Part shown: positions 51,236 through 62,474 of the stretch, one piece after another
How the letters are laid out: every line of letters starts with the position of its first letter
Numbering within the stretch: position 1 is the stretch's first letter
Assembly (NCBI GenBank): GCA_002633005.1
Contig: NMRA01000762.1
Coordinates: 62,001 to 126,000, forward strand
DNA from: Phoronis australis
Lineage: Eukaryota > Animalia > Phoronida
DNA length: 64,000 bases
Direction: 5' to 3'
The notes under the pieces: model-generated
What the model saw: the letters and a program-made list of their open reading frames with translations, nothing else
What the model was told of the DNA's origin: nothing
Databases searched by the model: none
Translations under genes and position numbers: made by a program

Positions 51236-52360
51236 ACAAAGAGTAATGCAAGGTGTTGAAATGCACCTACGACTGCACTGCAAATGGCATGCTTCTAGGG
51301 GTGTTTATGAATAAAAATAACCACTAAGTGGTGCATCTGCTGTCTCCCTAAAAGAGACCTTTCTGCCTAATTTCATGAAAATTTGTCTGAAGTAATACTG
51401 AATACACTGAGGTAAATGAAAAAAAAAACAGCCGCCAGGGGCACAGCGATACTCAGATCCACTCAAGAGTCATTCAAAGAAAAATGCACAAAGATCATAC
51501 AAGGGAAGAAGAAGTTAAGCTGCAGAAGCCAAAAAAATTCTAAAATTTCCCCTCGACGGCACCTCAGAAATCAGACGAATTTTCAAAAATTGAAGTCACC
51601 CGCCGTCTTCTTAGCAGGAACACATCTACCAACTTTCATAATGGTACTTCAAGTAGTTTCGCACAGAGAGGACACAAAAAATTGTAAGTGAAAATGGCCA
51701 CTAGGTGGCGCAGAGTAGCCCATCCTAAAATGGATATATGGTATGTTGTCATCTCCTTCAAAGAAGACCATCTGTCTGAAAACATTAGTAGGAAAACACC
51801 TGCCAAATTTCACAAAAAGTCGGCATGGGTTAAGGAGATACAGCAGCAGACACAGAAACTTGCCACTAGGGGACACCACAGTCTAAAAATCAATGTCAGC
51901 CATAGTCTTCAAGACAATACCACAGGTGCACTTTGGCTGATAAGAAGCGGGTGCAAAAACTGGACTCCAAGATAGTGGAAATGGCCACTAGGTGCTGCAG
52001 AATGCGTAGAACCCGTCTGACAATTAGAAGATGATGGCTCCTTAACATAATCATATTTGCCAAATTTCATAAAAAAGCATCCTTAATATAATCATATTTG
52101 CAAAATTTCATAAATATCCATCAAGGAACTCTGAAGATACAGAGGTAAACATGAAAAATTAAATTTCCACAAGGGGGCACAGTGGTATTCGGATTGGTCC
52201 AAAACTAGTCATCTGTCATCAGTTTCATAGGAACACAGTAAAATCTCATTGAGAATCTGTAAGAGGTTTATGAGATACAGCCATTAAATGCTGCACGCTG
52301 GACACCCAGACAGATGATGGCAATGTACGCCCACATTATGTATATGTGGGCGTATAAAAA
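51236..52360 (+). mobile_element. Helentron-like (HINE/Pearl-type) non-autonomous element with core tandem repeats and 3' hairpin
   Basis: Repeated units containing GCCACTAGG(T/G)GGC and CCAAATTTCA. 3' hairpin TACGCCCACAT-tatgtat-ATGTGGGCGTA at 52326-52354. A related solo hairpin occurs at ~11443-11472. Confidence 0.65.
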
Positions 52361-54656
52361 TTATTTTTTCTTACAACATGAAATAAATAATCAATAATAA
52401 TGGGTATTTACACTACAATGACTGTACATAACTTCAGTCTGCCGACCCTCTCAATATTGCGTGGCTCTGTAAAAGAGGAAAATCATTAAGTTAATATGTG
52501 TTTTCACAATACACAAGACTTCATTACAATTTCCTTGAACACACATCTTCATTCATTGAGACAGCTCATTCTCTTATTTTGAAAGTAGTTCAGTGTATCA
52601 AGATAACCTTCGAAATCCTTGAATCATTAAACACTAAGATCAAAGGGCTCAATCCACCCTCAAGCATACTGATCATAATATGGAGACCTGTTAATAGTTA
52701 ACTTTCCTGAAGTCATTAGGTAGAATTCCCTGTCACGGTGAGGAAACACTCTTGCCTCCTTATTTTTGGCATGTTCTATACAACACAAATAGAAAAGCAT
52801 TGAATGTTTGTCGAGTCATATCAATTTCAGATTAATTGCCAAACACCTTATCGAAAATTTCAAATATACAAACTATAGAAAAAGGCAAAGAATGCTTGAA
52901 CACATTCATCTGTCATACCACATAGGGGACATTGTTAAGGCATCGCAATTTGGAAACTGGAAACATGGTAGGAATTCATGAATTAAGGGGGTTCACCCGT
53001 TTGTCAAAAAGCCGTTTTTGTGACATTGACTAATTTTTAAAACATTTGTGTAAGAGACAATATTTAAAATCCACGCATGACTGTCATTACAATGCCAAAA
53101 TGAGACTAGGACAGCATACCATGGATCTCATCTGACTAAAGCAGCAGCTGGAGTCAATTTTGTGTAACTAACCGATAATCATTCGAAGAATTTTGGTTTG
53201 TTCACATATCTCAACTATGGAAATATGCTTGCACCACTACATTTATTATTTTACAAAAGAAAACAAGAAATAAGGGACAGAACAATGATCAAGGTACCCA
53301 TAGTAACGAACCCTGATCAACGGTGAACATTGTTACTTCACAGTGAATTTAACGACAGTCTTCCTCCATTTCATGTTATTCAATAACACTTATCATTTTA
53401 GATAGAAGATATCAACAAAAGCAAGACCATAGATTATATTTGAACAATATACACAATTATACATTGAAAAATTGTTTTGACCGACTAATTAGGTGTTGAC
53501 AATTGGTATGTAAACAATCCCTCATGCTGTTCAAGCCTCGCATCCAGTCAGAGAGAAAAAATTAATATTCAAAAGCTTTCTGTGTTGAAGAAAAACGCTA
53601 AAATCTGAGTTACTCAAAATCAAGAATAAATGTTTACCGGTAATTATGCAGGCAAAGAAAATCAATACACTGGGAAATATAATTCTTAAACCTACTGTAA
53701 CATAAAACTGATTTCATACAACAAAATTAATTAGTTTCCAAAAAGGTTTCATTTATTCATTAATTTAATTAGAAGTGCCTTTATAGCAATCCACGTAAAT
53801 TTCACACTTTTGCAAAGGAAGCCTGTTTCGGACGGCTGTAACAAAAAACCCAGCAACACTCACTTTCTACAGCAGATTTGTAATATAAGCCAAAGACACA
53901 AAATACAATAAAAATTTTGAAAATATCAATGTCCAATTTAAACCATATCAAACCTACTTAAAACTATTAATCAGCCAAGATGTTGTGCTTATAACAAGTA
54001 TCAGGTAATTTATCAAGCTAATGAGCCTAACGCATGTATCACATGACTGGGGTATTAATCTGTACACAAGTCAAGCACAACAAACATCATCAATTAAAAG
54101 TAACATCCCATGATAAGTCCTCATATCCTGCCAGAATTATCTCCCATGTCACAGTTGACAGCAAGAGAACTTCTAGCCTGAGGATGTAAGTTAGTTTTCA
54201 CCTTCAAATTTGACACATAATGTAATTTATAAGTTAACTATTTTATACTTGTATTTATATTCAAATAATAATTTTCTATCTCTCCCCACCAAAGCCTCCA
54301 AAGTCTGATTCTCTTCACAGTGAGAATACATTTGGCTCAAAAATGACTCGGTGGATTCCACTGAAACTTTCCAATGGTAATATTTATTCATGATCTTAAA
54401 ATGCTATAAGCATTTTATTTTTAAACACCTAGTTTCCGAGTACTGCACGATACAAAAATGCCCTCTGTTTTGCGAGTTTATTTGACATTGAAACCGAACT
54501 AAGTAGGTAATCAAAAATTCGCATTAGCATTTTTGAGAGAAATTGTGAAGTTTTCGTTTAAAGATTTCACTAAAATCGACTGAGGGGTTAGTTTGCTATA
54601 AAAGTACCTTTCCTAAAATGAAAATTTGACTTAAAAAGGTGATCACATGAAATTCC

Positions 54657-54698
<42 letters not shown>
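54657..54698. repeat. (AAT)n microsatellite
   Basis: Directly visible. Confidence 0.95.
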
Positions 54699-54699
<1 letters not shown>

Positions 54700-55030
54700 T
54701 TTGACACACTTTTTTGATAACTGACTTAGAATGGACACTAAATAAGATTTGGCATGATCTTCAGAAGCTGTCAAATATGGTTTTGCATTTCAAATTTTGA
54801 AGATCACCACTCAGAAATGGCATTCGTTAAATGGAAGAATCCCTTTTCACAACACATTGCACATGGAAGACACATGTTGCTGACGAAAAGTTCTTAACCT
54901 GACCCCTAGACTTGAGGCCCTGTGACTCAATATTCATTTTTCAATACGTCAACAACATGCTGAAATAGGTCTTGCTGCTAGATGGCGCTAGTGAAGTTGG
55001 TGGACAGTGTTCTGCATTCTTATATGGATT

Positions 55031-58000
55031 TCATGCAGTGGGGGTATTTTCTAGTGCTTTTATATCTCTTTGTGACTGTGATACTGTCAAATATCTATTG
55101 TTGTGTGATTTAAACAAAAAATCATTATTTGCTCTGAAAAACAGAAAAATAACCATTTAGGTTATTATTTTTTTGGAACACATGAGAAAAATTTCCATAT
55201 TACCGGTAACTCTAGATTCGACAACTTCCACTCAAAAAGTTTTCCCAACGTTTTGCGCACACAAATTGGACGTAATTTCTGGGATGGGGAAGAAGTGACA
55301 CATGCTATGTTGCAAATGTTACCATTTGAAAAGATCTGTACCACATAACAAGAACACTAACAAACAGCTGCAGCTTTTGTTCTTGAAATATGCACAGCAA
55401 CTTCTAAGGATTTAGGAAATAACTTGAGGACATGCTGGGGCAATGGGTCTCCTGTACAAAGCTTCAGACATAGATGGATCTACAGATATCCTACCTGGCA
55501 AACGTTGCCATGGAGATGACCCCGAACAGGAGCTGCAAGCCAATGAAAGACAGTTCAATGCCCCCGAGGATGAGTTCCACCCTGAGCACATACGTCTGCC
55601 ACAGAATCAAGTAAAGGACGGCGAACACAGAGGCGATGCTGAGACCCAGGCAAATTCCCACAGACAGGATACGTTCGGTCAAGTTACCTTTCTGACCTGA
55701 AATTAGCAACAGAACATTGAATGCCAAATAAGTGTATAAGAAAGGGTGATGAAAGCATCGTCATGATAACCCATAAACACACACGTCACCATGACAACCT
55801 ATAACAGGACCTTATGGTAACCCACTACTACACATGTCACCATGGCAATCCCTAACAGGTCTTTATAGTAACCCACAAATACGCACCAACACACATCACC
55901 AACATGGCCTCCAACGTGACTCAATGTTTGCCTATACACGTCACCGTGGTAGCCTCTCACAGGACTTTATGGTAACCCACAAATACACAATAACACACAT
56001 CACCATGACAGCCTCCAATGTTTGCCTATACATGTCACCATGGCAGCCTCTCACAGGACTTTATAGTAACCCACAAAAACACACTAAACACATAACCATG
56101 ACGGCCTCCAACAGGACTTAATGTTTGCCTATACATGTCACCGTGGCAGCTTCTAACAAGACTTTACGGTAACCCATTAATACATATCACCATGACAGTT
56201 TCTGACACAAGTTTATGTTTACCTATTACACATCAGTATACCACCCTCTAACTGGACTTTGAAGAGTCTGGTGTGGCTGCAACAAATTCTGCTTCAAGAC
56301 AAAAAACGACTTAAACCAAGACCACTTTACTGTCATAAAGTGTATCTCAAACTATCCCTTATACACTAAGATGGCTAGGACACTCTAGACATATTATGAA
56401 TTTTTGCGATAAACAAACGGCCAAAAATGCCTAGTTGGCTCTGGTATCTTTTATGTAGTTCTTTGCTCACTAAAGAAAATCTACCCGAGATGAGCAAAAT
56501 GATGAGGGACTCTTTTACTCATTGCTGGCAAATCATGTCGTTTCAAACCTTGCTTATGTGTCTTAAGTTTGTGGATCTTCTTAAAAAACACGAGGCCCAA
56601 ACTGAAATTGATGTGAGCGGACAGTTTTCTTTTTTTAGGCAGCGAGCGCAAGCCTAAAAAACAGTCGGGTATATATCAGAACAAACAACGTGTAATTTTT
56701 TGGCCTAACCACGACAAGAAATCAATCAAAATCTGAGTAAAGAAAAAAATTGATTTCAGTTTTCTAACGATAAAGTTCAAATCAAGATTTTTGTGCTAGA
56801 GGGCCAGTTCTTAGCAGTTTTGAATGTTTCAATTTGTGTATTTGCATACTCCTAACTATGCTAATATATAGCAAGAACTAAACAACAATTCTATTTGAAC
56901 GTCGTCTATGCTAAACAAAGTGCAGTTGTATTCATCGACAACTTGTAAATGTGAAAATAAACAATTCTGCAAGTAGGTGACCTTTGCACTAACGACGTAC
57001 CTTAATGGTTCAGATTACCCGCACCGTGAAGTGTTATTTCCCAGCACCACGTCACGATACTTACTAGACATGTTTGAGTTATTTACGGCAGATCATTTTC
57101 GCTGGTCAAAAACTCGTTCTTAAAAACATTTGGAAATTTTCAACCTACTTCGTATTCACGTCGTATGTTGTGTTTCTAACAAATTTGACCAAGCAATCAC
57201 AGAGATAAGGAATTAGCATGCAAGTTGCATATTAAAGTTTTGGGTAGCCTCAGAAAAATGGCAAAATTTGGCTACCTTTAGAAAATCATATCCCATTTCA
57301 GAAATAGCGGAATCAACCTGAATGAAACTTTCAAATACTATGATATATAATGCTCTGTTCGCCAAAATGCAGTCAGGTATTGTTTTTAAAAATATCCACT
57401 TTTACATGTCTCATTGCTAGACATCAAACAAGTATTTTGAGTGGTGCTCATATTTTACATTTGATCATGAGAGAGGAAGCAAAACTAATTTTAACCAACA
57501 CCTTTCTCAAAACCTTAAAGTAAGCCTTGAAAAAAAATGCACCAGCTGCTGCTGCTAGACAATTTGTGGTTAAAAAAATCTATTATGATCTCTATTCGTG
57601 TATACTTTCACAGCCTGCCCCCAGTTGGAGTGTTTATCTGATACCCTAAGGTCGTTAAACACAAAAGGAACATCACTTTCAACAAACCTTGTCTCAAGGA
57701 AAACTCGCTGCAGAGATACAAGCAAAATTTGTCACATCAAAAATATTTTGAACTACATTTTAAGGGTATCCCCTTTAACAGGGTACAATGTAGCTTACCG
57801 AAAAACAGCCTGATAGCTTCTATCCCAGCAAAGATAAACATCAGGATGATTTCTGGTGCTAGTACACCATTGGGGTAGGGGAGGATGATGCCTGGAATAC
57901 AGAAATAGGAAAAGCATTCACAGTGGGAATAAGGAAGCCATACCTTCATAAACTGTTTCAGCATACAGTCTACGTACTTGTAATTATAAGTGATATTGGA

Positions 58001-61000
58001 AAGTTCAGATCTACGGTTTCAAAAACAACAGAGTGCAATATGTGCAACACATTAATGGCTTCTTGTGCAGAAGTCTCAAATTTCAGTTGATCCTGATCTT
58101 AATGTCTGAGCTGAGTTCCGCAGACTCTCGTGGGAAAATCTAGTGTTCACCAAGTACCGTACTTCACAAGTAATGCATGGGGAAAACTCATCAAGACCAG
58201 CGTCATCTTGCATTTTCATGAGTGTCCTGCATCTGCGAAACAGGCACCTGTTAATGAGCAGTAAGAGTAAATGTCCTTTCTTAGTAAAAATAAAAACAAG
58301 ATACAAATTTCAAAAAAGTGGATTTAAATCCCATTGAGTATCCGTGCATTACCTTTATAGACAAACATGAGCACCTCAGCAATCCAGTAGAACAGAAAGT
58401 ACCATCCATTGCAGTAGAGCAGTAGTTGAAATGGTAACGATGACCTCTGGGGTCAAAGGTTAAGGAAGATGGAGGTTACATCATGTGGAGTCGATGCATG
58501 CATTTGTAATGGCTGCTTTACTATGGGAACACGTGAAAATATTGTGGCTACTTTTTGACGATATCCGGAAGTTCATAGTCTATTACTTAAGAAATATTAT
58601 GAACACAAAAATCATCTATTTCCCAATCTTCAGAGACAAAAAAATTCAAATTCAGCTTGAAGTTCGCCGTCCAGCACTTTAGAGACTGTTCCAAACTGGA
58701 TCACTTTTACTGCATGCATTATCACCAACACAGTGCTATGAACTTGCATTTTGTCAAAACGTTTTACTTTTGCAACTTAATTTACTGGTATACCATTAAT
58801 GACAAATGTTATAAAAACCAAGTTGGCTTGACACAGTGAGTCACTAAATGTAGCCTACAAAATCACTCCTACTCTGAGTGAGGAAAATCCGAGCCCAATT
58901 TCTAACTGTAACCTGTTAAGTTAATCTTTCTGACAGACCGTGAGTTGACAGTAGATATGCCTGAAGACTAGATTAACAGCTTTTTATGGTCAAAAGGATA
59001 CAATAATCTGCAGCTTCCCTGCAATAGAAATACACAGAGAATGTCAGATAGACGGACTTCAACATGAGAAATTAACATCTTGTACTTCTTACAGGCAATG
59101 CTTTGAACAATTCAGAGGAATGTTGTAAATGTCCTGTTAAGGTGTGACATACAGTTGAACAAAGTCAAAGGCCTTTTTAATTTGCTTCTTAAAAAGCAAT
59201 TACCAACTAGTTAAACACTTTGGATGCTTGCATCGCAGGTCAGTCGTGGGCACGAGTTTTTTCCACAATCGCACTGCTGCCAATTCCGGCATTAACTCAA
59301 GCTACGAATACTAATGAGTTCCAAGAATTCCTTGCCGAAATCGCCAAATAAGGTTACCGGTACTCTTGGCTACTGCCGGAGTTCTCTGAATGTCGACGAA
59401 GAATACCTGGAACCCAACAACACTGCATCTGTGATTGCTGCTAGTAGCCCTACTACCTGTGCAATGCCAGTACTGGCTGTCTTTCATTCTTGTCTAGGGA
59501 CATCACAATACCCATCCGAGACTGCTAACTGGCTCTCACATAACAACGATCATCGATTTCTAAGGCATTGTTTTAACCCTCTTAACAATTTTATTTGCTC
59601 TCCATGTAACAAAGAGATCTAGCATTTACAAAACGTCTGATGATGTAGAACATAAAGTCCACTGTGCTTGCATCACCAATTTTGGTATTTACATGCTTTC
59701 CATGAAGAAGAAATTGACATGTCAAAATTTTGCTGAAGCTTGCCATTTGCCAATTTATTTGGTAATTAATGTTGCACAACATAAGTATGAGTACCAAGTA
59801 ATGTTGCATTTTTGGAACTGCCTGTCGGTATTCAAGAAAATTTACGAAGGAGAACACGGTTTTTAGAACCGCAATTATGTCAGCCTCTTTATGGCTTTGC
59901 TTGTACTGTATGAATACTTCGGAAGTTTTTGGCATTTTGATTTTAGTCTATTGCAAGCAATATGTAGAAACACCTTTTCTAGTCTTGTCGAAGTCTTAGC
60001 CCTCTGGCGGTCATGTTTACAAAACAAAAAGTCTAATGTTGTCTCTAATATTTGGTGTACAAACATGATTTTAGTGTTTATTGAGTCCTCTCCCAGAGAT
60101 TAGTGTCATTAAAAAATACACTGAGTCTCTTCCTTGAGTAAACTAAATTATTTACCAGTGTTCTACCGCTATTCTGCTGCTAAAATTGTGGTGCCATCTT
60201 TTGCGTTGACTTATGGCGCTATGAAATAATGAGTACCTATTAGCCAGTTTCTTTTTTCTCCGATTCTTCTTTCACGTATTCTTTTCTTCTACGAGGTTAT
60301 GTACATGTCACAAGAAAATACCGGAAATACTCTCATTCTGTTACAAGTTTTTAGTAATTTAATAGCAACAAACCAAATTTCAGAACAAATTTTGCTGCTG
60401 TGATGTCGCAAAATATAAGAAAATGGCGTGTGCGCATATCACAACCGAAAAACGACAGACTTTTCTTTGTTACAAAAGGCGAAGAATTGTGCAAAAAAAT
60501 GACGTTTAATACATTGTTTTTCACTTAAACAGCTGCAATGTTGGGCAAGGTTAGTGTACGTTGATACTCCCAGATTTTGCATGCATCAAAGCCAATCGTT
60601 AGCTCTACATGTTGATATAAGTTTCAAGACGAGGTGACCAGCAGAACTACCTACGCTGTGTAAAAGTTCAGGGTGTAACAGAGCTCAACACAGAGTGGTA
60701 CCTAGCTGTATTTTGTCGATAGTCTTCATACACTCATACAGCTAGCTGGCTGACTGCACATAGTGTACCTAATTATCAGAAGGACCCTAAATATCGGAAA
60801 CTACAGAAAGTATTACTTGAAGCATAATTTGAGAAATAAATGACACCAATTTTCGTTCCACTGTAATGCATTCAATGTCCAGCATTGAGATACTAAAAAC
60901 TGCAGTGAGGTCGCACGTGAATTAATCGTCTGCACTGATTCATCTAGACAACTTGGTGGTGTCGTGGATAATTTTGTGGCACTAGTCGGATATAATGGAC

Positions 61001-62186
61001 CCTAACTTATTCCAAATAAATCCACTAAATGTTAGTCTAAATGAATGATTTTGGTATCGTTGCATTCCTCAGACATCTGGCTATCCGTACAAATCCTTTT
61101 CACGACCCTCAATTACTCTAGTCTATAACTACGCCATTCTGAATTTGGTACACTTTAGCGTTAGCCACGCGCATTGTGAAATCGGCAGCCATTTCATTGG
61201 ACTTACTATATCTAGCGCCATCTATCGGCGATTTGCTACAACACGCGCTGTTCCTTTTTCATCAGTCAACATGGACGACGATAACATGACGGTGACAGAT
61301 ACGGTCGTGAGAGAGACGACGAAGGTGATGACGAGAGCAGATGATTAATAACGACTGACGTTAATAATATTGANNNNNNNNNNNNNNNNNNNNNNNNNNN
61401 NNNNNNNNNNNNNNNNNNNNNNNNNNNNNNNNNNNNNNNNNNNNNNNNNNNNNNNNNNNNNNNNNNNNNNNNNNNNNNNNNNNNNNNNNNNNNNNNNNNN
61501 NNNNNNNNNNNNNNNNNNNNNNNNNNNNNNNNNNNNNNNNNNNNNNNNNNNNNNNNNNNNNNNNNNNNNNNNNNNNNNNNNNNNNNNTGTAGTAATAGCC
61601 GAGATTACCCGACCCGGGGATCGAACCCGCGACCCCCATAAAACCCGGCAAGCGTGCTAACCATTCAGCTAATAGGCAATTGCCCGTTAGCGAGTAGCTA
61701 ACAGAGGCTCATATAATTCACCGGAAGCACATCTACAACATTCTCCCCTTTCCTCCGGAGCGGGCACGCGACAGGAAGGTGAACACCAGCAATTGCCTAT
61801 TTGCTGAATGGTTAGCACGCTTGCCGGGTTTTATGGGGGTCGCGGGTTCGATCCCCGGGTCGGGTAATCTCGGCTATTACTACACACCCGTGGAATTTCT
61901 AGTCGGGAGTGTCATACCTTGTAGTATTATATGTAGTGTATTTGGGACGATCAGAAGCTGAGGACGCCTGTGCCTGTGGCTTGTCGCTGATCCGAGTGAT
62001 CGCAGCAGGAATCGCAATCAGCAGAATGTCAAGAATTATTATCATATTTATGAAAATTTGAATAGTTGTAGGTGTGAGAGTAGATCATACAGGCACAACG
62101 ATAACAAGTAAGGCGAATGGGAAAGCGTTTTCGCAGATGATTCTTAGTGTCCAAATAAACTTACCTCGAGCGGGAGCTGCTGCCAT
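55031..62186 (-). CDS. TMEM216: Transmembrane protein 216 (ciliary transition zone, TMEM17/216/80 family)
   Basis: Exons (minus): 62186-62165 (MAAAPAR G|gtaagt), 58446-58353 (RSSLPFQLLLYCNGWY...FVYKG), 57891-57799 (IILPYP...GIEAIRLFFG), 55696-55495 (QKGNLTER...WQTYVLRVE...ATFAR), and a tentative last exon 55133-55031. The first exon (phase 1) and the 58446 exon (phase 0) need a small intervening exon; a candidate is 59133-59093. Confidence 0.85.
55755..56200. repeat. Degenerate intronic tandem repeat rich in RFX X-box-like motifs
   Basis: Repeated GTCACC(A/G)TG(G/A)CA(A/G)C and TTAT(G/A)GTAACCCA units. Confidence 0.75.
56860..57225 (-). repeat. Dispersed repeat family, copy 3 of 3 (inverted)
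   Basis: The reverse complement is colinear with 4960-5335 and 49900-50265. Confidence 0.7.
61374..61587. other. Assembly gap (N run)
   Basis: Run of N. Confidence 0.99.
61588..61884. repeat. 96-bp inverted repeat of a tRNA-like (Pol III A/B box) sequence with a 105-bp spacer
   Basis: 61588-61683 and 61789-61884 are reverse complements with 1 mismatch. Each arm has T(A/T)GCTGAATGGTTAGC and GGGTTCGATCCC. The ends are TGTAGT...ACTACA. Confidence 0.8.
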
Positions 62187-62474
62187 TTTGGAAATTTGCG
62201 CCCTTGACAACTCGCGAAATTTCTCGTTTTTTCACTTCCTGGTTAAACGTGATTTGGGTTCAGTCGTACTAGTTTGTCATTTACCTCGAGATGCACCACT
62301 GAATATTACTGTGAATGCTTCCAATGATCTCTTAAGTAATTTTACTATGAAACAAATCACCACAATTTCACAAAGAAACAAAATGATACAATATTTGCCT
62401 AGCGGAAATAAAAGGAGTGTCACGTGACCATCGACTTCCTTTTTATCGTCTCGGTTGTAAGCTTCTCACGAGAA
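62187..62474. promoter_or_regulatory. Bidirectional promoter region TMEM216 / SND1
   Basis: 288 bp between divergent ATGs. ETS-like CACTTCCTGG (~62233), palindromic E-box GTCACGTGAC (62418-62427) and TCTCACGAGA (62464-62473). Both starts sit in an AAATGGC (YY1-like) context. Confidence 0.7.

Noticed and set aside
59300-60110. Cluster of 60-114-aa ORFs in the TMEM216 intron
   Set aside because: No recognisable domain or splice-consistent chain; perhaps decayed TE sequence, but unsupported.
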